Shown: positions 1 to 9,167 of the stretch, piece after piece
Layout of the letters: each line of letters opens with the position of its first letter
Position numbering within the stretch: the stretch's first letter is position 1
NCBI GenBank assembly: GCA_020353515.1
Contig: CP070695.1
Span: 2,247,155 to 2,311,154 of the forward strand
Origin: Candidatus Heimdallarchaeota archaeon
Lineage (GTDB): Archaea; Asgardarchaeota; Heimdallarchaeia; Hodarchaeales; Hodarchaeaceae
Direction: 5' to 3'
Length of the DNA stretch: 64,000 nt
The notes under the pieces: generated by a model
Database searches by the model: none
The model's input: only the letters and a program-made list of their open reading frames with translations
What the model was told of the DNA's origin: nothing
Program-made: the position numbers and the translations under genes

Positions 1-114
1 GAGGGTAGATTATCTACGCGTTACGGAGCAGTTCGCCAGGCGAACGAGTCGCCTCGACTTGCATGACTTAGTCTTAATCCGATAGCAGTGGGCTCCGTCA
101 GGATCGAACGGAAT
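1..114 (-). rRNA. rrs: 16S rRNA gene, 5' end (continues beyond window start)
   Basis: Reverse complement reads ATTCCGTTCGATCCTGACGGAGCCCACTGCTATCGG...CTAAGTCATGCAAGTCG...CTCCGTAACGCGT, matching the conserved archaeal SSU 5' motifs. Confidence 0.97.
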
Positions 115-590
115 TACACGGAAGTTGACGTTTCGTCAATTTCGAATGAATGTTTTTTAGGAATTATATTACGGAGGTTGAAACCCTCTTTCCTGAGGAA
201 AGAGACTTTACAACAAGTTCAGTTGGAGTTCTACAATATATGCTGTGGAATTGGTTAGATAATATAATCGAGCATGCGATCTGATGTCTGTACGCTTTTT
301 AGACGGCGGTCGAGTTGGTGATCATTAAAAGAGTTTTCCTGTTACCAGGACGACCTTACCCTTGCGTAGCCTGACTTTCGCCGTGCTACCCAATTGCGTT
401 TTGTTCTGTTCCAATTGGGGGCGCCAGCTTCGCTTAACCCACGTTTCAGGGAGAACGTTTCCTAACCGCTGGCTGGTTGTGAGGGGTGTGGTTTCCCACA
501 AGGAACCTTCACCAATCGCAGTCTCACCATAGCGTTGGTGGTTGTATGAACATTAAGGTCAGACACGACTTTCGAGAGTCTCTAGTGTGT
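115..590 (-). other. 5' external transcribed spacer (leader) of the 16S precursor, highly structured
   Basis: No ORF; lies between a TATA box (~615-621) and the 16S 5' end; many minus-strand hairpins, e.g. GTGG-GAAA-CCAC, CCTG-GTAA-CAGG, CCCAATTG..CAATTGGG, TTGACG-AAA-CGTCAA. Confidence 0.7.
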
Positions 591-612
591 CCACGGGGGC
601 TAGGGCCTTCCA

Positions 613-633
613 CCTATTTAAGCCTTACTTCTC
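613..633 (-). promoter_or_regulatory. Probable archaeal BRE/TATA promoter of the rRNA transcript
   Basis: Minus strand GAGAAGTAAGGC-TTAAATA-GG, about 25 nt before the GC-rich structured leader begins. Confidence 0.65.
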
Positions 634-640
634 GATTCAC

Positions 641-764
641 TTCATCAACTTGATTAAATGTTGTTTACTTGTGATTCGGGGGGTATTTGAAACCCTAGTC
701 GTTGTTCATGGTCTTTTTCGGCAAGTGTTGCTGCTTTTATTCAGCTTTTTAAAGATTCAGCTTT
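641..764. repeat. ~120-bp imperfect direct repeat, copy 1
   Basis: TTCATCAACT..TGTT..GTGATTCGGGG..CCCTAGT.GTTGTTCAT.GTCTTTTTCGGCAA..GCTTTTTAAAG.TTCAGCTTT shared with 1718-1835. Confidence 0.85.
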
Positions 765-1082
765 AGTCCCTGCTTTGCAGCTGTTTTTTCGTCAATTTTC
801 CTTATCCCTTTGAATTTCTATTATTCCTAGGGATTTCTTCGGAAATTTTGTGTAACGTTGGTTTCGCCTGGAAAAGAATATCTGGGGTATGGCACCAAAT
901 ATTCCATTCAATTTCATTTTAGCCCGACATCCTCTCTGATTTCTATTATTGCTTGGATAGCTAAATCAAGAAACTCGTCTCAAAGTATTCAATTACCTCT
1001 TCTGGTCCTGTTTTGAATATCTGGAGGAATGGTTCGTGGACTGCCTGGTCTAGTGTGTATGGAGGGGCCGCTCCTAGCATAA

Positions 1083-1442
1083 ATGAATGAAAACGATCAA
1101 TATGGTATTTTGCTAACCCGTAAATTAGTCTGGCTCCCATTGAATACCTGTATGCATATGTTTGTTACAGAGGCAATTATTGCTACTGGAGGTGAAGCAC
1201 ACTTCTCATTTTACATGGGTTTAATATTCATACCATTAATCCTTGTATTATTGTCTGTCCCTGCCATGTTTATAATGGATTTAACTTGGAATCACAGAAA
1301 AAAGGTCATCTTGAAAAGAGCTCGAAAAATGGGCGCAATTGAAATAGTGGATATTGAAATTAAAAGCAATACTTCTCCTAACCATGTTATCGTTGATGCT
1401 GGTCAGGAAGAAGTTTGCAAAAGAAGATCATCCCCAATCTAA
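1083..1442 (+). CDS. Hypothetical single-pass membrane protein, possibly the 3' part of a frameshifted gene
   Basis: One hydrophobic segment (FYMGLIFIPLILVLLSVPAMFIM) followed by a basic stretch. Confidence 0.4.
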   Translation: MNENDQYGILLTRKLVWLPLNTCMHMFVTEAIIATGGEAHFSFYMGLIFIPLILVLLSVPAMFIMDLTWNHRKKVILKRARKMGAIEIVDIEIKSNTSPNHVIVDAGQEEVCKRRSSPI

Positions 1443-1513
1443 AAGTTTATCAAATGATATATTATCCAAGAATCAGAAAATTCTTTTTATAACAGATTAA
1501 CTATTTTAGAAAG

Positions 1514-1714
1514 ATGATTGGTGTGTCTTCAAGAAAAAAGTCCCCTTTCTTTCCGAGAAGTAAGAAATCTTCAAAGAAAAAGGACATTTCATATGTGGAA
1601 TACAAACATTATGCTGATTTAAAATCTGTAAGTGCGAAAATCCCTCCTGTGGATAACAAAACTAAGAAAGCTTTGAAAAAGATGAAATATGTAAGTAGTT
1701 TCAAGAAAAAATGA
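1514..1714 (+). CDS. Small Lys-rich basic hypothetical protein
   Basis: 66-aa ORF, strongly K/S-rich, AT-rich promoter-like sequence upstream. Confidence 0.45.
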   Translation: MIGVSSRKKSPFFPRSKKSSKKKDISYVEYKHYADLKSVSAKIPPVDNKTKKALKKMKYVSSFKKK

Positions 1715-1717
1715 CTT

Positions 1718-1835
1718 TTCATCAACTGGAGTAACTGTTGTTTAGCCGTGATTCGGGGTGTATTGGACGCCCTAGTTGTTGTTCATAGTCTTTTTCGGCA
1801 ATTGTTTTTGTTCTGCTTTTTAAAGGTTCAGCTTT
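1718..1835. repeat. ~120-bp imperfect direct repeat, copy 2
   Basis: Aligns with 641-764. Confidence 0.85.
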
Positions 1836-1973
1836 GTACAAAGCAAAGTCTGTTCTTTCTGTAATAGTAAGCCGATCACTTCGGGCTTTCATTCTTTTCG
1901 GTTTTTTCTTCTGAAATGTCGGATATTGTTGGTTAAGTTATGGAAAGCATCTATAATGGGCTATATTGGCATC

Positions 1974-2909
1974 TCAGATCTTTTTTGTATAATAGGCTGC
2001 TGCTGTTTTAAATATAAGTCCGTAAGATGAATAAAATCCTTTTATTTCTTCCGTAGGGTCTCGTAACCCAACATGCAACACTTCCATTCCCTGTTTTTTA
2101 CTTTCTCTGATACCAGCTGCTAAAAGCTGGCTTAGAATCTCTTTATCGTTATCTTTAGCATACATAGATAAGTCAGTTGTCTTTTCTCCTGATTGTTCTT
2201 GTTGGAATCCTAATAATCTTCCTACAACCTCTTCCTTGTCGAGAATGAGACCATGAGCAATTAACTTTTGCGGAGAACCAGACGGATTCTTCGTTTCACC
2301 AATCTCCCAATCTTTATACCTGTCTACTATAGTACGAGTTTCTTCTTCTGAGGTATTGTACTGTTTCATTAGCATTTTAGTTATAGCATCTGCATGTTTT
2401 TGGTAATCAAAATTTTGAACATCCTTTGGTTCTACCAATTTCTTTACATCAATTGCATCAAAACGTTTCTGAGACTGAATAACGACATCTTTATCAAATT
2501 CAAAACCATTTCTCTTAGCTACAGAGACTGTCTCGCCCCAATATTCACTTACCATGGTTCGTATCCATGTTACTTCCTTCGTTTTGAGAACTTGGATTAC
2601 TCGTTCTAAAAGGGGATCTCTGGCATCTTCATACCCTTCAGCTACAAATGGTATCCTTAAATCCCCTTTGATAACCCCATCTTCCTCATAGATCGAGGAT
2701 GTAATGACGCCCACTATTCTATCTTCTTCAAAGGCATATAATTGCGTTTCGGGGTCAAAATCCTGTTGAGAATGCCTCCTCACTAGATTAGTTTTTATCT
2801 GTTCTTTATCAGGTCGCTCAATTATTCCCCATCTGTTTCTTTCATCAGCTTCTATTCTGGCATGGTCATCTAAATATTCCTTTTGATAGGTCTTAATATT
2901 ATATTTCAT
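1974..2909 (-). CDS. Tandem GNAT-family N-acetyltransferase
   Basis: Two GNAT-like halves (YAFEEDRIVG...KRNGFE; LLAAGIRESKKQG...FYSSYGL). Confidence 0.75.
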   Translation of the reverse strand: MKYNIKTYQKEYLDDHARIEADERNRWGIIERPDKEQIKTNLVRRHSQQDFDPETQLYAFEEDRIVGVITSSIYEEDGVIKGDLRIPFVAEGYEDARDPLLERVIQVLKTKEVTWIRTMVSEYWGETVSVAKRNGFEFDKDVVIQSQKRFDAIDVKKLVEPKDVQNFDYQKHADAITKMLMKQYNTSEEETRTIVDRYKDWEIGETKNPSGSPQKLIAHGLILDKEEVVGRLLGFQQEQSGEKTTDLSMYAKDNDKEILSQLLAAGIRESKKQGMEVLHVGLRDPTEEIKGFYSSYGLIFKTAAAYYTKKI

Positions 2910-3125
2910 ATCTCAAATCCTCAACAGTCTTTAATAACAGTAAATGGGTCGCATTTGCACTATGGTGATTACCACTCTCAATCTGTTCAATTTTCCCTTT
3001 GACTTGTAATTAGTGATACACAGTTCATTGAAGGAAAGGTAATTATATGATCATGGTATCTCTTTGTATAAAATGTCATAATTAACTTATGAGGGAAAAT
3101 AAAAGACATAAGAGGAGATTCCAAG

Positions 3126-4145
3126 ATGGAAGAAGGAGAAGAAATCGTTTCAGCTAAACGATCAACAATATTAATTATGATCATGGGAGTAATCTTTGCA
3201 CTAAGAGGAGGCATGATCTTCCCTCCGTATCATGCACACCCAGCGGTAACAATTTTTGACATTGGTGCACTAATTCTTACCGGGATCTTCCTCACAGTAT
3301 TAACAATTCGGAATTACTCAAAGAAATCCATCTTATTGGTGGGATTACTTTGGTTTCTCCCCCTTTTTCGCTGGGTGTGGTACTTTGTTTCCATCTGGTA
3401 CTTTTTTCAAATGTTACCCTTCTTTGGAGTCGAGTTACTGTTTCCGATGATTGTGTTTTCAAGCTGGATTGGACCATTAATTATTTGGGAACCGCTGAAA
3501 AAGAAACTCAAACCATCTCACTACTCCATTTACGTAGAAAAATTCAAACTTCAACCAGAAATCATAGTAGCTCTCCTAATTGTCATTTTGATCATATTGG
3601 CACTTCCTCTTCCACGACTATCATATAATTCGATAAGCTATGATTATCGCGGGGATGGAGACGTGATCAATGCGTATCTTCAACTGGAGTTTCAGGAGTA
3701 CTTTCCAGAAATCAAAGGATTAGTTCGGGATACGTGCACGGGGTGGGCGTCATTTGATTTGGTTCCAAACTACATGGGAGTCACAGAACGGGAAGTGTAT
3801 ACCAATGCCATTCTATCATCAAACTACAGAGCAAAGTTCCAGATGGGGATACACGCAACAACAACTGTTATTCTGCGAGGACAGGAGATAATTCACGAAG
3901 TGGATTCTAGCGACTATCGATATGGAGCATGGAACAATTCCTTTCATGACCTTTATCTTGTCGACATGACATTTTTCACCAATGCCACATGGCAAGGAGA
4001 ACAAATTTACATAATAAAAGAAAATATTGAATGGGATAACATGGTGGGGACAGATATGTTGTTTCATCAATTTGTGGCGTTCTATCCAGGAAATAACTCA
4101 CTCATTACAATCCTCTCAGGATACGAAATCGAGTGTTATGATTAA
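3126..4145 (+). CDS. Hypothetical membrane protein (N-terminal TM helices plus C-terminal soluble domain)
   Basis: 339-aa ORF with ~5 hydrophobic helices; GAGGAG RBS upstream. Confidence 0.75.
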   Translation: MEEGEEIVSAKRSTILIMIMGVIFALRGGMIFPPYHAHPAVTIFDIGALILTGIFLTVLTIRNYSKKSILLVGLLWFLPLFRWVWYFVSIWYFFQMLPFFGVELLFPMIVFSSWIGPLIIWEPLKKKLKPSHYSIYVEKFKLQPEIIVALLIVILIILALPLPRLSYNSISYDYRGDGDVINAYLQLEFQEYFPEIKGLVRDTCTGWASFDLVPNYMGVTEREVYTNAILSSNYRAKFQMGIHATTTVILRGQEIIHEVDSSDYRYGAWNNSFHDLYLVDMTFFTNATWQGEQIYIIKENIEWDNMVGTDMLFHQFVAFYPGNNSLITILSGYEIECYD

Positions 4146-4250
4146 AAATCGCTCACATCCGAAGTCATTATTTTACTCCATACTATTCTCCGATCCTCTC
4201 ATGGGTTTTTGGAGAAAATTTTTTGTACTGCTTTTTAAAGTTTCAGCTTT

Positions 4251-5471
4251 TCATCCTGATTTTTTCCGTCTATTTACGAATAACAATGTTCCTAATACTC
4301 CTACGATGAGTATGAATAAGCCAATTCTGGTTAGGAGTGAATAAAGGTCGCTTAGATCTATTTGAGGCTCTGTCTCACTGGTATACTTATAGAGAGAACG
4401 GGAGGGATAGGGATCCTTTGCTTCTGCTGCTCCTGCGATTGGATAACTACCCGTCCCATTGTAATCTGACCAGTAATTTCCTTCCAGTACCTTTTGATTA
4501 AACCATTGATTGTTTGTGCCATCATCGTATGCTTGCGATTCATTCTGTCCATTCGTGAGAAAATTATTGTGGTGAATAGAATTATTATCTGAATTATCTG
4601 CTAATTCTATCCCGTAATTTCCATTCCCGATCAATGAATTCCAAGCAACAGAGTTATTATCAGAAATTGAAAAATAGATTCCATTATTTTCATTGCTGTT
4701 GCAGATGTTGTTGACCACGGTTGACGAATCCGAATAACCAAGGGTGATCCCCTCTCCATTATTAACGCAGATATTGTTGGTGACTGTCGAGGTATATAAA
4801 TGCCGCAGGTTGATGCCATTTCCATTATTGGTGCATGTATTATTTGTGATAGTCGAAGAGAAAGAAAATAAAAAGGTGGTTCCGTCCCACCAATTGTCGT
4901 TACAGGTGTTGTGAGCGATCGTTGAAGACTCAGAATTCCTCACAAAGATACCACTCCTACCATTGTTAGTGCAGGTGTTGTTGGCGACAGTCGTCGAATG
5001 AGAATACCAAAGGCTAATCCCATCCTTTGCATTATGGGTGCAGGTATTGTTGGCGACAGTGCTTGTTCCTGGGGCAACACTATCCAGACAGATTCCATAA
5101 TCATTTGACCTCTCTATCCAACAATTTTCTATTCGTAAATACTTCGTTGTCCCCGTGATGCTGATCCCATGTGTGGGTGAATCTGAAATATTCCAGCCAG
5201 CAATGATGTATGGATTATCAACCGTTCCTGTCCCATTATTTGCCACAGCAGCCAATTTTTTATCGTTTGTAATATTAATCGGGTCATGTGTTGTGTACTT
5301 CATTGAGATTGATTTGTTTGTTACCACTAACGAGTCCGACAGACGTATTGGGATGGGAGATAATGGGATACTCTGAGAGAGTAAGCAAAGAACTAAAAGG
5401 AATCGCATTTTGTTCCGGTTTTTTCTTTTCCTTAACATCTTCTCACATTCGATTTGTGACATAGGAGTCAT
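4251..5471 (-). CDS. Secreted right-handed parallel beta-helix (NosD/PbH1) protein with C-terminal TM anchor; true start probably 5408 (MRFLLVL)
   Basis: Signal peptide, HDPINI..GTGT..NPYII motif, ~22-aa repeats (STVANNTCTNN..GI.L), GNYWSDY..DPYP, TM + RRKK. Confidence 0.9.
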   Translation of the reverse strand: MTPMSQIECEKMLRKRKNRNKMRFLLVLCLLSQSIPLSPIPIRLSDSLVVTNKSISMKYTTHDPINITNDKKLAAVANNGTGTVDNPYIIAGWNISDSPTHGISITGTTKYLRIENCWIERSNDYGICLDSVAPGTSTVANNTCTHNAKDGISLWYSHSTTVANNTCTNNGRSGIFVRNSESSTIAHNTCNDNWWDGTTFLFSFSSTITNNTCTNNGNGINLRHLYTSTVTNNICVNNGEGITLGYSDSSTVVNNICNSNENNGIYFSISDNNSVAWNSLIGNGNYGIELADNSDNNSIHHNNFLTNGQNESQAYDDGTNNQWFNQKVLEGNYWSDYNGTGSYPIAGAAEAKDPYPSRSLYKYTSETEPQIDLSDLYSLLTRIGLFILIVGVLGTLLFVNRRKKSG

Positions 5472-5507
5472 AACAAAAAAAAAGCCTCAGATATAATCTG
5501 TTTTCAT

Positions 5508-5921
5508 TTACTTATAGATTCTTATTTTCAATCCTTCTATTCTATTAAAATGCTCAACATTCGCAGTCAGAAGTGGAAAATCTTCCATAATAGCAATAGA
5601 GGCAATAGCTGTATCAGCGAATCCTATATCCAGCCCTTTATCAACTAACAAAGCTCGTATTTTTCCATATTCTTTTGCATGCTCAATAGTAAATGGTAAT
5701 ACAGTTAAAGCTGATATTAGTTCTTCAAGGGTCTTGGATCGTCTTTCTTGCCATTTTCTCCTATGTTTCCCGTAATATAGTTCTGAAACAGTTATCGTGG
5801 TTGTGATAACAAACTTCCCTTCTTTTATCATATTGAATGTTGTTTTTTTAGCAGTAGTTTTTCCAGCAAGAAAGTCTGAAAGGTAATCAGTATCTGCGAT
5901 GATTGGTTGGTTTAATTCCAT
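5508..5921 (-). CDS. vapC: PIN-domain toxin (VapC)
   Basis: IIADTDYL..SELYYG..FADTAIA..LLTANVEHF PIN motifs; overlaps upstream antitoxin gene. Confidence 0.92.
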   Translation of the reverse strand: MELNQPIIADTDYLSDFLAGKTTAKKTTFNMIKEGKFVITTTITVSELYYGKHRRKWQERRSKTLEELISALTVLPFTIEHAKEYGKIRALLVDKGLDIGFADTAIASIAIMEDFPLLTANVEHFNRIEGLKIRIYK

Positions 5922-6124
5922 GCTTGATGAGCTTCCTTCTTAAATTCTGATAACTCTTGATCATCTAAGTCGTTTTTCAAAACCCCAAACATCTCTAGAA
6001 ACTTTTCAATATTAGGTTTTGTAGTTAATCGTATTATCGTGTCACTGAATGACTCTCCATCCTTTTTTTCCTTTTTAAGAAGCTGATAAGCCTTGGAATT
6101 CAAACTTATTGTTTTATATGTCAT
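5912..6124 (-). CDS. vapB: Antitoxin VapB (archaeal UPF0330/RHH type)
   Basis: KTISL..KAY..LKKEKKDGESFSDTIIRL; 10-nt overlap with PIN gene. Confidence 0.9.
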   Translation of the reverse strand: MTYKTISLNSKAYQLLKKEKKDGESFSDTIIRLTTKPNIEKFLEMFGVLKNDLDDQELSEFKKEAHQAWN

Positions 6125-6209
6125 TTTTATTCTAATATATTATTTCATCTATGAGTCTTATAATATTATTCCTTTTTCCTGATTAGCTTCAATGAATTTA
6201 TGGCTAGGA

Positions 6210-6428
6210 GTAGTCCAAGTCCGCTCAATAGACACCATATGTGACCAGGTACCTGTAGGTATCGATGGCTGCCCTCCAGTTGATGATTCCATTAAGTACT
6301 TCCCCTCCACTGGGATGCAGAATCATTGGGGGTATTAGCTCATGGACTATAACAGGATTATCGAAGGACACAGGGTAGGGATCGTAGTTTTTTGCCACTC
6401 TTTCAATCAAGTAGGGGGTATCAAAAAT
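6210..6428 (-). pseudogene. Remnant of a beta-helix/Ig-like surface protein
   Basis: IFDTPYLI..NYDPYP resembles the NosD-protein C-terminal motif (cf. SYPI..KDPYP in 4251-5471), then PPMILHPSGGEVLNG..W.AAID..VTY.VY, an Ig/FN3-like start; bounded by stops. Confidence 0.55.
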
Positions 6429-6580
6429 TCAACACTGAAGTAAACCTGAATGACTTTCCTCGTCTCATGGTATAACCTTAAATAGAAAGATCCTAGTGAT
6501 TACAAGTTCTGATTGAAATTCTTTCAAACATTTCAGAAAACTCTCAAAAAGAGCTAAGAAGCTCATCAGGAGGAAAAATT

Positions 6581-6877
6581 ATGCCAATTTATATTGTTTT
6601 AGGAAATTATACACAAAAAGGAATTGAAGAAGTAAAAGATACCGATAACAAGCTCAAAACTACTCATGATTGGGTTAAAGAGTATCAAGGAGAAATCAAA
6701 CAACTTTTTTATACATTTGGACGCTATGATTTTGTTGCGATTACAGAATTTCCTGATAATAACACCATGATGAAAGCTGTGCTTAGAATCGCGAGATCTG
6801 GAGAAGTACGAACCGAAACATTAGTCACTGTATCAGTGGAGGATTATATTTCAATTTCAAAGGGATTACCAGAATAA
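6581..6877 (+). CDS. GYD-domain protein
   Basis: MPIYIVLGNYTQKG...YTFGRYDFV...RTETL. Confidence 0.9.
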   Translation: MPIYIVLGNYTQKGIEEVKDTDNKLKTTHDWVKEYQGEIKQLFYTFGRYDFVAITEFPDNNTMMKAVLRIARSGEVRTETLVTVSVEDYISISKGLPE

Positions 6878-6964
6878 TCATAATTGTTACTGAGGCAAAA
6901 TAATGAATCGTGGCGAAAAATTCCAAGTAGGTGATCTACATTCTCTCACTCTTCTTAAGCTGAT

Positions 6965-7351
6965 ATGGGGAATTTGGACAGTCTTGACTGCATTCCCAGC
7001 ATTTTTTTAGGGTTCATGTTCATCTTTATTGGGATTGTTTACTTACCATCTTTTCTTCGTTCACCAACTGAGCAGATATATATTGGATTCGTTCCTTCCC
7101 CAGCCTACTTCGCTGTATTTGCAGTCATAATAGGTGTAGGTTTATGGGTTCTTTTTCTGAGCAATATTTACATCTCATTTGGATTAGCTAGATTGCATTA
7201 TTTTCGATGGAAACTTCTGGTCATTGAATCTGGCCTACTTGGGATAGTGCTGGGCCTTGTGAGTATATATTTTATAATCGGCTTCAGTTATAATTTACAG
7301 TATAGTTTTCTACAAAATCTAGTCCGAATCTTTGCAATATCACTAGGATAG
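6965..7351 (+). CDS. Hypothetical membrane protein (3 TM)
   Basis: 128-aa hydrophobic ORF. Confidence 0.55.
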   Translation: MGNLDSLDCIPSIFLGFMFIFIGIVYLPSFLRSPTEQIYIGFVPSPAYFAVFAVIIGVGLWVLFLSNIYISFGLARLHYFRWKLLVIESGLLGIVLGLVSIYFIIGFSYNLQYSFLQNLVRIFAISLG

Positions 7352-7443
7352 TCAAGTATATTCTAATATTATCTAGGTAAAACACACGATTATTCGTTTT
7401 AATTTCTTGACTATTTTTAACATTGGAGGCCACTAAGGTCATT

Positions 7444-7971
7444 CTACGTCACATTCACTGGGAAGGTATCTTTTTTGTTAATAACAATTGTCCTTGCTTT
7501 CTTATCTCCGAATCTTGTTTTGTCTGGCGATTTTAATATCAAATATATACCATAGATATGTAAGGTTGGTAATGAATCAATTACTCGAAGAATATTTCGA
7601 ATACAGCTTGCTACTATCCCAGGTTTTGAACCATCTCGCTTGATGACCTTGATTCCAGTAATAAATTTTCCAATGGTTTGACCAAGAAGTCCTTCGAGTA
7701 AGATAAAATAAATCACCATTAAAAAGAAGAAAATAATGCATAAGGGGTCTGTGATGAACAACCCGTATGCCCAACGATGATCTACTGGTGACATGATCCA
7801 TACTCCTTTCACTAAATATGTGACAGGGAGAAATACTGAGATAAAGAATCCTAAATCTATTAGGGCAGCAATAATTCTTTGTTTGAGACTTGCAAATTCT
7901 TTATTCACTAATGTATTTTCCTTTAGGATGTTTTCTTTATTTTCATTATGATTGTCATGGTTCATTTTCAT
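7444..7971 (-). CDS. RDD family membrane protein
   Basis: RIIAALID...GQTIGK..GIKV..RNILR.ID...R.GD..A.TIV. Confidence 0.9.
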   Translation of the reverse strand: MKMNHDNHNENKENILKENTLVNKEFASLKQRIIAALIDLGFFISVFLPVTYLVKGVWIMSPVDHRWAYGLFITDPLCIIFFFLMVIYFILLEGLLGQTIGKFITGIKVIKRDGSKPGIVASCIRNILRVIDSLPTLHIYGIYLILKSPDKTRFGDKKARTIVINKKDTFPVNVT

Positions 7972-7999
7972 TTCCTCGATATTTTCAGAATTCTTTCCT

Positions 8000-9157
8000 T
8001 CATCTTAATTTGTCTCTCCCAAATTTTGCAAATATTATTACCCCAGAAACCGTTATAACGACACAGAACCCAATTATAATTCCTAAATCCATGAGAATGG
8101 TATAACTTGTGACTGATGCCCCTCTTAGGAGAATGGAAGTCAACCCATCTGTAACATAATAGCTGGGTACCAATTGTCCAAATTCCTTTGGTACTGGCAT
8201 AAAAGTCCCTAAGAACATCTGTGGAAGAATAAAAGCGAAGCTGATTGTAGTTGCTGCTCCTGGAGTCTTTGCAATACTAGCTGCGATTAAGCCAAACCCT
8301 ACGTTACAAAATGCTAGGAGCGAAACAAACGTAAAAGCGACTATAATTCCTATCAATCCCCCTTGAGGATTGAATCCCATTACACATGAAATTATAACTA
8401 TTAGGATTACCTGTACCACTGCTATGAGCATATTTGCTATAATATTGCTTAAAACGATGTCTCCAGGTGATGTAGGTGTCAGTTGGATTCTACGTAATAT
8501 TCCTTTCATGCGTTCCTCTGTGAATCCTTCTGCGACTATTAAGGTAAGAAAAATAGCTGCGAAGGCGAACATTCCTGGTGCCATGTAATCAAACTGGGTA
8601 TAACGCTCTACAGATACTTGAGAAGGGGTACCTATGTGAACCGGTTGTGGTGCGGTGGTCACTTGTTCCCCATGTAGAGTTTTTTGTAATGCTTGTTGGA
8701 TTGAGGGTGGAATCGCATTAATTCCTGTATATGATCCCTGATCGACAAATAATTTGACTTCTGCTATTTTCCAAGTACTTACGTTATTAGGTTGCTCCCA
8801 GAAAGATTCTATGCTGGCCTGAAAATTGTTTGGGATTATTATTAATGCGTCGATTTTTCCTTGTTTTAAATCCTGTAATGCAATCTCTTGGTCTTCATAT
8901 AGACTCTCAACAAAAAGGGCATTTTCAGAAATGTTACCAATGAAATATTCAGCCCATTCAGTTCTATCATTATCCACGATGCCTATTGTAAAAGTGATTT
9001 CATTTCCCGTTCTTCCAAATGACCCAAATGCTAATCCAAAAGCCCCTGTAAGAACGATTGGAAATAATATTGCCTGAAAAAGGTGAGCAGGTACTCGCGT
9101 TAACTTTTTAAGTTCCTTTTTTACAAGAACATGAATATTTTTCACTTTCATTTGCAA
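8000..9157 (-). CDS. ABC-2 type exporter permease
   Basis: N-terminal TM, extracellular domain (IGIVDND), DYMAPG, EERMKGILRRI..TP, 5 C-terminal TMs. Confidence 0.92.
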   Translation of the reverse strand: MQMKVKNIHVLVKKELKKLTRVPAHLFQAILFPIVLTGAFGLAFGSFGRTGNEITFTIGIVDNDRTEWAEYFIGNISENALFVESLYEDQEIALQDLKQGKIDALIIIPNNFQASIESFWEQPNNVSTWKIAEVKLFVDQGSYTGINAIPPSIQQALQKTLHGEQVTTAPQPVHIGTPSQVSVERYTQFDYMAPGMFAFAAIFLTLIVAEGFTEERMKGILRRIQLTPTSPGDIVLSNIIANMLIAVVQVILIVIISCVMGFNPQGGLIGIIVAFTFVSLLAFCNVGFGLIAASIAKTPGAATTISFAFILPQMFLGTFMPVPKEFGQLVPSYYVTDGLTSILLRGASVTSYTILMDLGIIIGFCVVITVSGVIIFAKFGRDKLR

Positions 9158-9167
9158 ATCACCCTCA

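Noticed and set aside
290-610. SRP (7S) RNA, RNase P RNA or tRNA within the structured leader
   Set aside because: No SRP helix-8 motif (CAGG..GGAA..AGCA), no RNase P GAGGAAAGTCC, no T-arm TTCG motif in a cloverleaf context
1722-1892. 56-aa minus-strand ORF running through repeat copy 2
   Set aside because: Copy 1 has an in-frame stop and differences are mostly non-synonymous, so the repeat is probably non-coding
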